Origin: Bryobacterales bacterium
GTDB taxonomy: Bacteria; Acidobacteriota; Terriglobia; Bryobacterales; UBA6623
Reading direction: 5' to 3'
Assembly: GCA_965216545.1 (NCBI GenBank)
Contig: OZ244172.1
Span: 3,654,763 to 3,718,762 of the forward strand
DNA: 64,000 bases
Below, piece after piece: positions 45,801 through 55,830 of the stretch (its first letter is position 1; the number at the start of each line of letters is the position of its first letter). Both the position numbers and the translations under genes were made by a program. The notes under the pieces are model-generated. The model searched no databases. It had not been told where the DNA came from and was given only the letters and a program-made list of their open reading frames with translations.

Positions 45801-46591
45801 GAATCCATCTCGAGCCGGAAGAAGCGAAGGAGCGCCTGGGACGTCCCGTGGCGGTCTCGCTGTCGTGCCACACGGCTCTGTTCGTGATCATCATGGCCTG
45901 GGCGCTGCTGGAGCCGGCGCCGCTGATGCTGGGCGACCCGGAGGGGAAGGCCGGCAGCTCCGTGTCGGTGAACGTGGTGCAGGGGATCGCGATTCCCGCC
46001 CCGACCTCGCGTCCCAACCCGGTCGCAAACGACGTGCGGCACGAAGTTCCCGCGCCGCCCGAGCCGGTCAAGCAGGTCGAGCCCGAACCGGCGCCCGAGC
46101 CCGAGGCGATCCCCATCGAAGAGCCGAAGAAGACGCCCAAGAAGGAGCCGCCTAAGGAAGCGGCCAAGCCCAAGCAGAGCGAACCCGAGAAGCCCGACAA
46201 CCAAGTCACCTCCACAACCGGCGCGCAGGCGTCGAGCCCGCTGTTCAACCAACAGCAAACCGCCGGCGCCGGCGTCGGCATGGAGCGGGGGAACCCGTTC
46301 GGAATTGGCTTCGCGTGGTACGCCGAGCTGTTGCAGAAGCGGCTGTCGGAGGAATGGACGAAAACCCTGGGACAAGTCTCTGGTACGGCGGCTCGCCCCG
46401 TCGTGATCCGCTTCCAGATCGTGCGCAATGGGAGCATAGAAGACATCCGCGTTGTCGAGTCGAGCGGAAATCGCTCGTTCGACTACTCGGCCCATCGCGC
46501 CGTGCAGTTCATCAACCCATTTCGCGCCCTTCCACCAGCATTGCGTCGCAACGCCATCGCAATCGAGATGACGTTCAGGAAGAACCAATGA
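45797..46591 (+). CDS. TolA/TonB-like energy transducer (TonB C-terminal domain)
   Basis: N-terminal TM segment, a Pro/Glu/Lys-rich linker, and a C-terminal TonB_C-like [26 protein letters not shown]. Confidence 0.75.
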   Translation: MRIHLEPEEAKERLGRPVAVSLSCHTALFVIIMAWALLEPAPLMLGDPEGKAGSSVSVNVVQGIAIPAPTSRPNPVANDVRHEVPAPPEPVKQVEPEPAPEPEAIPIEEPKKTPKKEPPKEAAKPKQSEPEKPDNQVTSTTGAQASSPLFNQQQTAGAGVGMERGNPFGIGFAWYAELLQKRLSEEWTKTLGQVSGTAARPVVIRFQIVRNGSIEDIRVVESSGNRSFDYSAHRAVQFINPFRALPPALRRNAIAIEMTFRKNQ

Positions 46592-47952
46592 AGCTCCGAG
46601 ATATCTTACTCTTCTTCTCCGTGTCCGTCGGTTTGGCCGTGGCACAGCGCCCCGACTACATAGGCGTAGTCGATCCGTTGGGTCAAGCCGCCCCGCGCAT
46701 CGCCGTCCCCGACCTGCCCGGCATCGTCGGCACGGAGAATCTCCGCGCCTTCAATACCACGCTCTGGAACGACCTCGAAGCCTCCGGCCAGCTCGACATT
46801 GTCGCCAAGAGCTTCTACCCGCGCACCGCGCCCACCAAGCCTGAGGACGTCAAGTTTGGCCCCGAAGGCCTGCCGACCGACCCGAGCGCGCGCGGGCTGT
46901 GGCTGATGGGTTGGTCCGAGCCGCCGGTCACCACGCGCAATCTCGTCTTCGGCGAGCTTGAGACCGTCAACGAGCGTCTCGCGCTCAATGGCTATCTCTA
47001 CGACGTCACCGCCCCCAACGGCGCGGCCGCGTTCATGCTCGGCAAGCGCTACTACGCCGAGCTAAGCGAAGAAGGCGCGCGACAGATCGCCCACGACTTC
47101 TCGCGCGACATCCTCGAAGCGCTCGCCCTCGGTCCCGGCCTCGCTGGCACCCGCATCTACTTCGTCTCCGACCGCACCGGGACGTCCGAGATCTGGTCGA
47201 TGGACTACGACGGCCAGAACCTCAAACAGCACACCGGCTACGACGTGATCACCATCACGCCGGCCGTTTCCGCCGACGGTACGCGGCTCGCGATCACCAC
47301 CTATGCCGAGGGGTTGCCCAAGATCTACATCCACTCTCTCGAGACCGGCCGCAAGCTGACCTTCTACAACCAGGACGCCTCCCTCAACACCACCCCCGAC
47401 TTCGCCCCCGACGGCAGGTCGATCGTCTACGCCAGCTCCATCACCGGCCGGTCGCAGATCTACGGCGCCGATCTTGACGGCCGGAATCTGCGCAGGATAT
47501 CGTATTCACGTTCGATCGATGTAGACCCGGTCGTAAACCCTAAGACCGGCGCCCAGATCGCTTTCGTGTCCGATCGCCCCGGCACTCCACAGGTTTACCT
47601 GATGGACATGGACGGGGCGAACGTGCGAAGACTGTCACTTGGAGGCGGAGACGCCGTGCAGCCGGCCTGGCATCCCGAGGGCGAGAACGTCGCCTTCTCG
47701 TGGACGCGGGGTTTCGAGCCGGGCAACTACAACGTATTTATCATCAACGTCGCCACCCAAGAGCTCGTCCAATTGACCCACGGTGCGGGCCGCAACGAGA
47801 ACCCCGTTTTCTCTCCCAGCGGCACCCACCTCGCGTTCACTTCGGACCGCTCCGGGGGCACGCAGATTTGGACGATGCGAGCGGACGGAACGCAGCTCAA
47901 GAGGTTGACGACCCGAGGACGCAACCGGATGCCCGTGTGGGCCGCGCGCTGA
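46588..47952 (+). CDS. tolB: Tol-Pal system beta-propeller protein TolB
   Basis: The ATG overlaps the upstream stop (ATGA). Signal peptide present, with repeated P.(F/W)SPDG-type blades (PAVSADGTRLA, PDFAPDGRSIVY, PVFSPSGTHLAF). Confidence 0.85.
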   Translation: MKLRDILLFFSVSVGLAVAQRPDYIGVVDPLGQAAPRIAVPDLPGIVGTENLRAFNTTLWNDLEASGQLDIVAKSFYPRTAPTKPEDVKFGPEGLPTDPSARGLWLMGWSEPPVTTRNLVFGELETVNERLALNGYLYDVTAPNGAAAFMLGKRYYAELSEEGARQIAHDFSRDILEALALGPGLAGTRIYFVSDRTGTSEIWSMDYDGQNLKQHTGYDVITITPAVSADGTRLAITTYAEGLPKIYIHSLETGRKLTFYNQDASLNTTPDFAPDGRSIVYASSITGRSQIYGADLDGRNLRRISYSRSIDVDPVVNPKTGAQIAFVSDRPGTPQVYLMDMDGANVRRLSLGGGDAVQPAWHPEGENVAFSWTRGFEPGNYNVFIINVATQELVQLTHGAGRNENPVFSPSGTHLAFTSDRSGGTQIWTMRADGTQLKRLTTRGRNRMPVWAAR

Positions 47953-48064
47953 CGCGGCAAACCGCCAAAAAAAAGAGCATTCGGGCGGTAAAATGGTTGC
48001 GGCGAAGCTGTCTGCATTCGTATCGTAGTGATTCGCAGAAGATTGAGGAGGCCCTAGAGATCTC

Positions 48065-48835
48065 ATGGAACCCAAGCGTCACCTAGCGCTGATCACCCTC
48101 AGCCTCAGCCTCGTGCTCCTGGCCGCGGGCTGCAAGAAGAAAGAACCGCCGCCGCCCCCCCCGCCGCCGCCGCCCCCGCCGGCTGCGAAGCCCGCGCCGC
48201 CGCGGCCGACCATCACGCTCTCCGCCGAGCCCAGCTCGATCGAGCGCGGCAAGTCCGCCACCCTCAAGTGGACTTCGGCCAACGCCGACTCGGCCTCGCT
48301 GAACCAGGGCATCGGCACGGTGCCGACCAGCGGCCAACGCGAAGTCTTCCCGACCCAGACCACCGAGTACCGCATCGAGGTCAAGGGCGAAGGCGGAACG
48401 GCCTCGGCCACCGCGACGGTCACCGTCCGGACGCCGCCGCCGCCGCCCCCGCCGGCGCCGCCAAAGACGACTCTGAGCCAAGAGGTGTCCAGACGCGTTC
48501 GCGACGCCTATTTCGACTACGACAAGTCGAGCATCCGTCCCGACGCCGAGGACGCCCTACGCTCGAACGCTTCGGCGCTGAAGGACATCTTCAACCAGTT
48601 CCCCAGCGGCCGGGTGATGATCGAGGGTCACTGCGACGAGCGCGGGACCAACGAGTACAACCTGGCGCTGGGCGATCGTCGCTCCACCGCCGCCCGGGAC
48701 TTCCTGGTCAACCTGGGCGTGCCGGCCAGCAAGCTCTCCACGGTTAGCTACGGCGAAGAACGCCCGCAATGCACCGAGGAGAACGAGAGCTGCTGGCAGC
48801 GCAACCGTCGCGCGCATTTCGCTGCGGCTAACTAG
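48065..48835 (+). CDS. pal: peptidoglycan-associated lipoprotein Pal (OmpA-C domain) with poly-Pro linkers and an extra Ig-like module
   Basis: Lipobox LLAAGC and OmpA-like C-terminus (IEGHCDERGTNEYNLALGDRR). Confidence 0.85.
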   Translation: MEPKRHLALITLSLSLVLLAAGCKKKEPPPPPPPPPPPPAAKPAPPRPTITLSAEPSSIERGKSATLKWTSANADSASLNQGIGTVPTSGQREVFPTQTTEYRIEVKGEGGTASATATVTVRTPPPPPPPAPPKTTLSQEVSRRVRDAYFDYDKSSIRPDAEDALRSNASALKDIFNQFPSGRVMIEGHCDERGTNEYNLALGDRRSTAARDFLVNLGVPASKLSTVSYGEERPQCTEENESCWQRNRRAHFAAAN

Positions 48836-49028
48836 CCAAGCTCGGCATTCGGCGCCTTCTCGCGCGGGCCGGTCGCACTACGCGGCCGGCCCGCGTTCGC
48901 GCGCCCGGAAGGTTTGTTAAGCTAGCTAGAGCCTTGGAGATAGCTCCGATCGCGCAACCGGAGCGGTGCGCGAGCCGTCCATAAAGGTTGCCGTCCATAA
49001 CGGTTACGGAGCGGAGGTTCCCGTCGTG

Positions 49029-49922
49029 ATGCAGAATCGCTGGATACGCTGGTCTTTCCTGTCAGTCTTGGGGGCGACGTTCTGGCTCGCTTCGCCCCGC
49101 GCCGCGGCGCAAAGCACAAAGGACATGATCCTCGAGACGCAGCGCCAAATCGCGGTCTTGCAGGAAGCGCTCCGCCAGCAGGATCGCGAGGAAGCCCAGC
49201 GTTACGCCGCTCTCGAAGCGCTGCTCAAGCAGAACATGGAGTCGACCACGCGGCTCAACCAGGCCATCGCCGTGATCGAGCGCGCGGTGAACAAGCAGAG
49301 CGACGCCATCCTGCCGCCCGTCACCCGCACCGCCGCCAAGGCCGATGCGCTCTCCAACGAGTTTGGCGGCCTGCGCGACGCCGTGGAAGAGACCAACGCC
49401 ATGCTGGCGAAGCTGATGACCGAGGTGGAGGACATCAAGACTCAGCTGACCACCCTGCCGCCGCCTTCGATGGGCGTTCCCGGCTCGGAAGGAGAAGGCG
49501 GCGCCGGCTTTGGCGAGAGCTTTCTAACGAACGCGATCAACGACTTCAACCGCGGCAGCTACGACTTGGCTCAGGCGCAGTTCGAAGACTTTCTCGAGTA
49601 CTCCCCCGCCAGCCCGCGCGCCGCCGAGGCGCAGTACTACCTCGGGCAGATCGCCTACAACAAAGGCGACTACGAGCGCGCCATCCAAGACTTGGACGTC
49701 GTCATCGAGCGCTACTCGGCGAGCTTCTTCAGCGCCGAGGCGCAGTATAAGAAGGCTGTCGCCCTCGAGCGGCTAGGCCGCACCATGGAAGCCCAGCGCG
49801 AGCTCGATTCGCTGATCGCGCGCTACCCCAACGCATCGGTCGCCGAGAACGCCCGCGGCATGCTCGAGCAGTTGCAGGCGCCCGGCGCCGCCGCGGGCAA
49901 GCCGTCCCCGCTGCGGCCCTGA
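49029..49922 (+). CDS. cpoB: tol-pal system protein CpoB/YbgF (coiled coil + TPR)
   Basis: Signal peptide, N-terminal coiled coil and C-terminal TPRs (AQYYLGQIAYNKGDYERA). Lies after pal. Confidence 0.75.
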   Translation: MQNRWIRWSFLSVLGATFWLASPRAAAQSTKDMILETQRQIAVLQEALRQQDREEAQRYAALEALLKQNMESTTRLNQAIAVIERAVNKQSDAILPPVTRTAAKADALSNEFGGLRDAVEETNAMLAKLMTEVEDIKTQLTTLPPPSMGVPGSEGEGGAGFGESFLTNAINDFNRGSYDLAQAQFEDFLEYSPASPRAAEAQYYLGQIAYNKGDYERAIQDLDVVIERYSASFFSAEAQYKKAVALERLGRTMEAQRELDSLIARYPNASVAENARGMLEQLQAPGAAAGKPSPLRP

Positions 49923-49930
49923 CCCGCTGC

Positions 49931-51634
49931 TCAATACCCCGCAGCCAGCCCTTCCGAGCGCGCGTCCGCCGCTCCGGTCAACCCATCCTCGGATACTCCG
50001 ATCGCCATGGCCCGCCCCATCGGCGTCACCAGCCCGACCGCGTGCCCGCGCTGCTCGAGCAGCCGCACCGTGTCCGGCGAGAAACCCTCGTCGTCCAGGC
50101 GTAACTCGTCCGGCATCCACTGGTGGTGGAAGCGCGGCGCGTCGATCGCCTGCTGTACATCCATTTCGAAGTCGACTACGTTGAGGATGGTTTGCAGCAC
50201 GGTGGAGATGATGGTCGGCCCGCCTGGGGAGCCGGTGACGAGCCTGGTCTTGCCGTCGCGGCTCACGATCGTCGGGGTCATGGCGGAGAGCGGCCGCTTG
50301 CCCGGCTCGATGGCGTTGCGCGCGCTCTGCAGTAGCCCGAACATGTTCGGCTCGCCGGGCTTGGCGGTGAAGTCGTCCATCTCGTTGTTGAGCAGCACGC
50401 CCGTGCCCTTGGCCGTGACGCCCGAGCCGAACGCGCCGTTGAGCGTGTAGGTCACCGCCACGGCGTTGCCATCTTCGTCGACCACCGAGTAGTGCGTCGT
50501 TTGCGTCGCCTCCGGCCGCGTCGCCAGCCCCGGCGCCACATCGCCCGACGGTGTTGCTCTGCCCAGGTCGATCGTGGCCGCGCGCCGGCGTGCATAGTCG
50601 CGCGAAAGCAGCTCGTCCAACGGTACTTCCGCGAAGTCCGCGTCGCCGAAGTACTCCGCTCGATCAGCGAAATACCGTCGCATGCATTCGGCGACGTAGT
50701 GGATCGCCGCCGCCGACCCGAACCCCGCTGCGTAGTAGCTCGAGTCTTCGAGCATATGCAGCATCTGAATCACGCCGGCGCCGCCCGAGCTCGGCGGAGG
50801 CGCCGAGAGCACGTCGTAGCCGCGGTAAGCGCTGCGCAGCGGCTCGCGTTCCTCGGCCTCGTAGGAAGCCAAGTCGTCCATCGTGATCAGCCCGCCGTTT
50901 CGCCGCATGTCGTCCGCAATCCGACGGGCTGTTTCGCCGCTGTAGAATTCGCCCGGTCCTTTGCGCTCCATGCGTCTGAGCGTCGCCGCCAGATCGGGTT
51001 GCCGGAACAGCTCGCCAAAGGCGAAGAAGCGTCCGCCGCGCTGGAAGATCCGGCGCGACTCGGCAAACTGCGCCATGCGCTCGCTGCCGCGCAGCGCGCG
51101 CGCCGCCCTCCACATCAGCGGGAAGCCGTCCGCGGCGAGCCTGCGCGCCGGCTTTACCAAGTCCCGCCAGCGCTTCGTGCCGTACTTCGCTAGCGCCAAC
51201 TCGAAACCGCGCGCCGTACCCGGCACGCCAACCGCCCGGTAGCCCACGACGCTCTCGTTCGTCGTCTTACCCCCCGGGCCGACATACATATCCCGCGTCG
51301 CGGACGTCGGCGCTTTCTCGCGGAAGTCCACGAACGTCGCGCGGCCATCGGCGAAGCGGATCAGCATGAAGCCGCCGCCGCCCAGGTTCCCGGCCGCCGG
51401 ATGCGTTACCGCCAGCGCCAACCCCACTGCGACGGCGGCGTCGACGGCATTGCCGCCCTCGCGCAACACGTCCACGCCAATCCGGGTCGCATGCGGCTCG
51501 GCCGAAACCACCATTGCGCGGCGCGTATGCACCGGCTCTCGCGTCGCCCCCGCACAAAGCAGCGCCGCAACGAAGACAACCGCGCCAGAGAGGATGCGCC
51601 CGCATGGGCGCGCGCCGCCGCCTTCCGTCGTCAC
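49931..51634 (-). CDS. ggt: gamma-glutamyltransferase
   Basis: Autoprocessing site ...QTTHYSVVDEDGNAVA and SGGAG motifs. A GTG start at 51634 overlaps the aroA stop (GTGA). The track ORF extends to 51709. Confidence 0.9.
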   Translation of the reverse strand: MTTEGGGARPCGRILSGAVVFVAALLCAGATREPVHTRRAMVVSAEPHATRIGVDVLREGGNAVDAAVAVGLALAVTHPAAGNLGGGGFMLIRFADGRATFVDFREKAPTSATRDMYVGPGGKTTNESVVGYRAVGVPGTARGFELALAKYGTKRWRDLVKPARRLAADGFPLMWRAARALRGSERMAQFAESRRIFQRGGRFFAFGELFRQPDLAATLRRMERKGPGEFYSGETARRIADDMRRNGGLITMDDLASYEAEEREPLRSAYRGYDVLSAPPPSSGGAGVIQMLHMLEDSSYYAAGFGSAAAIHYVAECMRRYFADRAEYFGDADFAEVPLDELLSRDYARRRAATIDLGRATPSGDVAPGLATRPEATQTTHYSVVDEDGNAVAVTYTLNGAFGSGVTAKGTGVLLNNEMDDFTAKPGEPNMFGLLQSARNAIEPGKRPLSAMTPTIVSRDGKTRLVTGSPGGPTIISTVLQTILNVVDFEMDVQQAIDAPRFHHQWMPDELRLDDEGFSPDTVRLLEQRGHAVGLVTPMGRAMAIGVSEDGLTGAADARSEGLAAGY

Positions 51635-52914
51635 CGCGCCACCGCCGCCAATGCGTCGTAGAACTCCGGGAACGATACCGAAGCCGCCTCCGCGTTGCGG
51701 ATCGTGCAAGGCCCGTCCGCCGCCAGGGCTGCGACCGAGAACGCCATCGCGATGCGATGATCCCCGAACGAGTCGAGCTCGGCCGCTCTCAGCTTTACGC
51801 CGCCGGCGACGTGCATGCCGTTTTCGAATTCCTCGACACGCGCGCCCATGCTGCGCAGGTTCTCCGCGGTCGTCGCGATGCGATCCGTCTCCTTGACGCG
51901 TAGCTCCCTGGCGTCACGAATCGTCAACCCGTCGCGGCTCGCCGCGCCCAGCACGGCCAGCACCGGAATCTCGTCGATGACTCCGGCGACGGCGGCGCCC
52001 TCGATCACCCCGCCAGCCAGCGGCGCTGCGCCGCGCACCCTCAACGTCCCGGTCGGCTCTCCGCCATCGTCGGGGTCCGGCTCCACCTCAATCGCCGCGC
52101 CCATGCCCCGCAACACCTCCAGCAGCTCGGCGCGTGTCGGATTCAACCCCACGCCTTCGATGCACAGCTCCGATCCGTCTCGCAGCAGCGCCGCCGCGAG
52201 AAAGAACGCCGCCGAGGAGATGTCGGAAGGGATGCGCACGTCACGCGCCGCCAGGCGGGGCCGGCCGCGCAGCGTCACGTTCAGCCCATCGACGGTCAGG
52301 TCAGCGCCCAGCGCTCGCAGGGCAATCTCGGAGTGGTCGCGCGTGCGCACTTTCTCCCTCACCGTCGTCACGCCCTCGGCGTAGAGGCCGCCGAAGAGCA
52401 CCGCGGTCTTGACCTGTGCGCTCGCCACCGGCGGCGCGTAGTCGATTCCGCGGAGCTTCGTGCCTTGGATACGAAGCGGCGCCAACCCGCCCTCGCGAGC
52501 CTCGATGCGCGCCCCCATCTGCTCGAGCGGCGTAATGACGCGTCGCATCGGCCGCCGTGCAATCGACTCGTCGCCGGCAATCTCGCTCGTGAACGCCTGA
52601 CCGGCGAGAATGCCGGAGAGCATGCGGATGGTCGAACCCGAGTTGCCGCAGTCGAGCCGGCGCTCGGGAGCGCGCAGGCCGTCCAGCCCGACGCCCCGGA
52701 TCCGTACGCGGTCACCTTCGCGATCGACCTCCACGCCCAGCGCGCGCATGCAGGCCAGCGTCGAGGCGCAGTCGGCGCCGGAGGAGTAGTTCGTAATCTC
52801 GCTTACGCCCTCGGCGATCGAGGCCAGCATCCCGTAGCGGTGCGAGACGGACTTGTCGCCAGGCAGTCGGATCGCGCCCCGCACGCCCGCCGTGGGAGAG
52901 ATGGTCCTGTCCAT
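51631..52914 (-). CDS. aroA: 3-phosphoshikimate 1-carboxyvinyltransferase (EPSP synthase)
   Basis: LPGDKSVSHR, NSGSTIRML and ETDRI motifs. Confidence 0.93.
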   Translation of the reverse strand: MDRTISPTAGVRGAIRLPGDKSVSHRYGMLASIAEGVSEITNYSSGADCASTLACMRALGVEVDREGDRVRIRGVGLDGLRAPERRLDCGNSGSTIRMLSGILAGQAFTSEIAGDESIARRPMRRVITPLEQMGARIEAREGGLAPLRIQGTKLRGIDYAPPVASAQVKTAVLFGGLYAEGVTTVREKVRTRDHSEIALRALGADLTVDGLNVTLRGRPRLAARDVRIPSDISSAAFFLAAALLRDGSELCIEGVGLNPTRAELLEVLRGMGAAIEVEPDPDDGGEPTGTLRVRGAAPLAGGVIEGAAVAGVIDEIPVLAVLGAASRDGLTIRDARELRVKETDRIATTAENLRSMGARVEEFENGMHVAGGVKLRAAELDSFGDHRIAMAFSVAALAADGPCTIRNAEAASVSFPEFYDALAAVAR

Positions 52915-52926
52915 GAATCTCCCATT

Positions 52927-53577
52927 CTACGAAGCGCCCGATCTCACCAGCTCGAGGAAAGCTTCCGCGATCGTCTCCGGGTCCGCCTTCTTGCTCAGCC
53001 CGTGCACGCCGCTCGTCACCTCGAGCAGAGACTGGCGAGCCGGGATGAGCTCGAGCGCGGCCTGCATCTCCTCGAGCGAGCCAAATGCGTCCCGCGAGCC
53101 ATGGACGAACAGGCACGGCGTCTCGAGCGCGGGGAAGTGCTCGGTCCGCAGGCGCTCCGGCTTGCCCGGCGGATGTAGCGGGTAGGAGAGCAACAGCAGC
53201 CCTTCCGCAACGCCCGGATGCTCGCTCGCCAGCATCGTCGACTGACGCCCGCCGTAGGAAGAGCCTCCCAGGTAGAGCCTGTGCGCCCGCGCCCGCAACG
53301 ACTCGACGGCGGCTCTCAAGCCGTCCCGGTCGCGCGCCGCGCCGGACGGCGACGGCGGCCCCTTCGGGCGCTTCTGCCGGTACGGCATGTCGCAACGCAA
53401 CGCGAGCACGCCGCGCGCCGCGAAAGCGTCGGCGAGCGCAACCAGCAGCGGAGCGTCGCGGTTCGACCCCGCGCCATGCGTCAGCACGATCGCTGCACCG
53501 CAAGGCTCCTCCGGCTCGTGGAGAACCCCGCTCACCGCCGGCGTCTCGCTTCCTGCTGTCGTCCACTGGCGAGTCAT
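52927..53577 (-). CDS. alpha/beta hydrolase (dienelactone-hydrolase-like)
   Basis: LTHGAGSNRD..., nucleophile elbow GGSSYGG, and a C-terminal VHGSRD...H pattern. Confidence 0.7.
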   Translation of the reverse strand: MTRQWTTAGSETPAVSGVLHEPEEPCGAAIVLTHGAGSNRDAPLLVALADAFAARGVLALRCDMPYRQKRPKGPPSPSGAARDRDGLRAAVESLRARAHRLYLGGSSYGGRQSTMLASEHPGVAEGLLLLSYPLHPPGKPERLRTEHFPALETPCLFVHGSRDAFGSLEEMQAALELIPARQSLLEVTSGVHGLSKKADPETIAEAFLELVRSGAS

Positions 53578-53670
53578 GCGGCCAAGCTTAGCAATCCGCA
53601 TGGAACATCGAAGAGCTCTGTCGGGTCGGAGGGTCGTTTTGCGCAAAGGCTCGGCAGGAGGGGTAAATCG

Positions 53671-54258
53671 ATGACAAGCTCCCTCGAATCTGAACCAGTC
53701 GCCGCCGGGGCGATCTGCTGTGAGGCGGCCGACAATCTACGCGAGCTCCGCCGGCTTCGCGGCGAGATCGAGTCCCTGGCGGAGAGCCTCGACGAAGAGG
53801 CGTTCCTGCGCAAGCAAGCCCCGCAGAAGTGGAGCGTGGGAGAGTGCATTGCGCACTTGAACGCGACTGCCCGGCCCTATCTCGACAAGCTGCCCGCGGC
53901 CATCGAGGCAGCCCGCAGCGACGGCCTGACCGGCGAGGGTCCCATCAAGCGCGGCCTGCCGGGCCGGTTGTTTCTGTGGCTGATCGAACCGCCTTCGCGC
54001 CTCAGGTTCAAAGCGCCGCAACCTTTCCAGCCGCAGCCCAACCAGAGCAAGGACGAGATCATGAGAGAGTTCCGTCAGATCCGCGACGAGCTCGCCCAAG
54101 TCATCGAGTCCGGCGGAGACCTGGATTGGTCGCGGGCGAAGATGGGACTGCCCACGCTCCCCGGCTTCAAGCTGCGCCAGGGAGAGATCTTTGCGGTACT
54201 GCTGGCGCACGAGCGGCGCCATCTGTTGCAGGCAAACAAGGCGGCCGCGGCGGGCTAA
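53671..54258 (+). CDS. DinB-family (DinB_2) four-helix metalloprotein
   Basis: KWSVGECIAHL...LLAHERRHL histidine pattern. Confidence 0.7.
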   Translation: MTSSLESEPVAAGAICCEAADNLRELRRLRGEIESLAESLDEEAFLRKQAPQKWSVGECIAHLNATARPYLDKLPAAIEAARSDGLTGEGPIKRGLPGRLFLWLIEPPSRLRFKAPQPFQPQPNQSKDEIMREFRQIRDELAQVIESGGDLDWSRAKMGLPTLPGFKLRQGEIFAVLLAHERRHLLQANKAAAAG

Positions 54259-55457
54259 CGCGATCCAACCGGGGCATTGCTGTCCGGCCTCAACCGCAGC
54301 GCCGCTCCCGTGACCGCATCTTCCCACCCATCGCCGCCCGGCTGGAGCCGGCCGATCAGCCGCACCACGCCATCCGCGTCGACGATCCACAACTGCGCCG
54401 CCGTGTAGAGCGGATTTCTTGCGCGGACCGTCTCGAGCGGCGCCGCGACCAGCCGCACGACCCGGACCTCCGCGCTGCCCTCCAGGCGCTCGACCGCACG
54501 TTCGATCCCGGCCGAGTCGCCGTCCCAAACCGCGACGACCGCCGGCCGCCCGTCCAGCTCGAAGCCCGGCAGGCGCTGCGCCGTCGGCAGCCAGTGCGGC
54601 CCCGCGCTGTGCGCCGGAGGCAGCGGCGTCCCCTCTCCCGCCGCCACGCCGAGCTCGGCGGCTTCGGCGATCAGCGGCCCGTGCTCCAGCGGCTCTTGGC
54701 CGCCCGGCTGAACCGGCCGCGCCCGCAACGCCCAGCGGTAGAGCCCGCGTGCCGACTCGGAGTCTCCCTCCAGCCGCGCCAGCCGCGCCCGCCAAGCGAA
54801 CAAACTCATCCGTCTGCGCGCGCGTTCCGCCGCGGCAACGCGGTCGGCTGGATCGAGGACCGCAACGACGCTGTGTGCGGTCAGCTCAATGACCTGGTTT
54901 GCCAGCGTGGCGGCGTCCCCCTGCTGCCAGGCCAGCTCAGCCAGCACGCGGTGGATGCGCCAGCGCACCGTCTTCAGCTCTTCCCGCCGGTAGGCCGCGA
55001 CTAGCGGATGCTCGCCGGCCGGCAACGCCGCCAACGCCGTCTGCTCTGCCATTTCCAGCCATTGCGCGACATCGACGCTGCGCACCCCCGCTTGCACCGC
55101 CGCTTCCGCCATGAGGAACCGCGTGTCGACGGGGAACCGCAGCTCCGGCCGCGTTCCCAACGTCCTTTCCGCGCCGGCCAGCGCTGCCCGAGTCCGTTGC
55201 CGATCGGCCTCCGTCCGCGTGAGCGCTCGTAACCTCTCCCGCCAGGCGAGCTCCTCATCGGGCCAGCGGCGTACCCACTCCGCCGTCGCTTGCTCTCGAG
55301 CTTGCTCGAGAGCCGCCAGCGCTTCCGGGTTCTCAGGCCGGCGCAGTCGCCGCCAACTTCGCATTTCGGCGTCGAGCTCGGCCAGCGGGCTTTGGGCCTG
55401 CAGTACCGCCGCCAAAAGAAAAACGACCGGCCAGGCCGGTCGTTGCGCGATTTGCAT
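54255..55457 (-). CDS. hypothetical secreted protein (400 aa)
   Basis: Signal peptide (WPVVFLLAAVLQAQS) and AGGAG 7 nt upstream of the ATG. Family not recognised. Confidence 0.6.
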   Translation of the reverse strand: MQIAQRPAWPVVFLLAAVLQAQSPLAELDAEMRSWRRLRRPENPEALAALEQAREQATAEWVRRWPDEELAWRERLRALTRTEADRQRTRAALAGAERTLGTRPELRFPVDTRFLMAEAAVQAGVRSVDVAQWLEMAEQTALAALPAGEHPLVAAYRREELKTVRWRIHRVLAELAWQQGDAATLANQVIELTAHSVVAVLDPADRVAAAERARRRMSLFAWRARLARLEGDSESARGLYRWALRARPVQPGGQEPLEHGPLIAEAAELGVAAGEGTPLPPAHSAGPHWLPTAQRLPGFELDGRPAVVAVWDGDSAGIERAVERLEGSAEVRVVRLVAAPLETVRARNPLYTAAQLWIVDADGVVRLIGRLQPGGDGWEDAVTGAALRLRPDSNAPVGSR

Positions 55458-55757
55458 GGAGATGCTCCTGACCCCATTCTCGCACGCGCCGCCAATCAGC
55501 TTCGCGCGCGGGCAACGGGGTCAGGGCCAAGCCTGCCGGCGACGTTGGTCGTCCCGGTAGGGACCCGCACAAGCGGGTTGGGGACTCGCGACGCAGCCGG
55601 TCGAGCGGGAGTGCGCTCGACGGTGGAGATGCTCGCGCCGAACCGACGTAAGCGCCCGCTTCCGCCCTTCGGCCCCGTCCGCGTCAGAAGAAGCGCCGAA
55701 GGGCTCGCGGTTCGCGCGAGGGCTCCGATCCGCCAGGGAAGGGAAACCCAAGCTCCG

Positions 55758-55830
55758 AAAAAACTCCCGCCGGCCGCCGTCCGCCCAACCGAGCCTTGCG
55801 AGCTCGTCGTCGGACGCCGGCCAGCGAGAG
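55758..55830 (-). terminator. long GC hairpin followed by U6 (intrinsic terminator candidate) inside a 557-bp gap
   Basis: On the minus strand, CUCUCGCUGGCC (55830-55819) pairs with GGCCGGCGGGAG (55775-55764): 12 bp including 2 G-U pairs. Inner helices CGUCCG/CGGACG and CGAGC/GCUCG are present. UUUUUU follows immediately (55763-55758). Confidence 0.5.

Noticed and set aside
48140-48185. CCG-rich simple repeat considered as a non-coding or contingency repeat
   Set aside because: It is in frame and encodes the poly-proline tether of Pal. A second tract at 48430-48460 does the same, so this is a coding low-complexity linker.
48863-48893. GC hairpin downstream of pal as an intrinsic terminator
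   Set aside because: The stem is good (GCGGGCCGG/CCGGCCCGC), but only two T residues follow. It may be a Rho-dependent or stabilising element, and the support is too weak for a feature call.
55621-55655. tmRNA/tRNA-like 3' end on the minus strand (…GGUUCGG…CAUCUCCACC)
   Set aside because: No acceptable T-stem can be drawn around the putative T-loop. No matching 5' acceptor strand (GGGGAUG/GGAGAUG complement) or tag-peptide reading frame was found upstream. The CCA position reads CCG.
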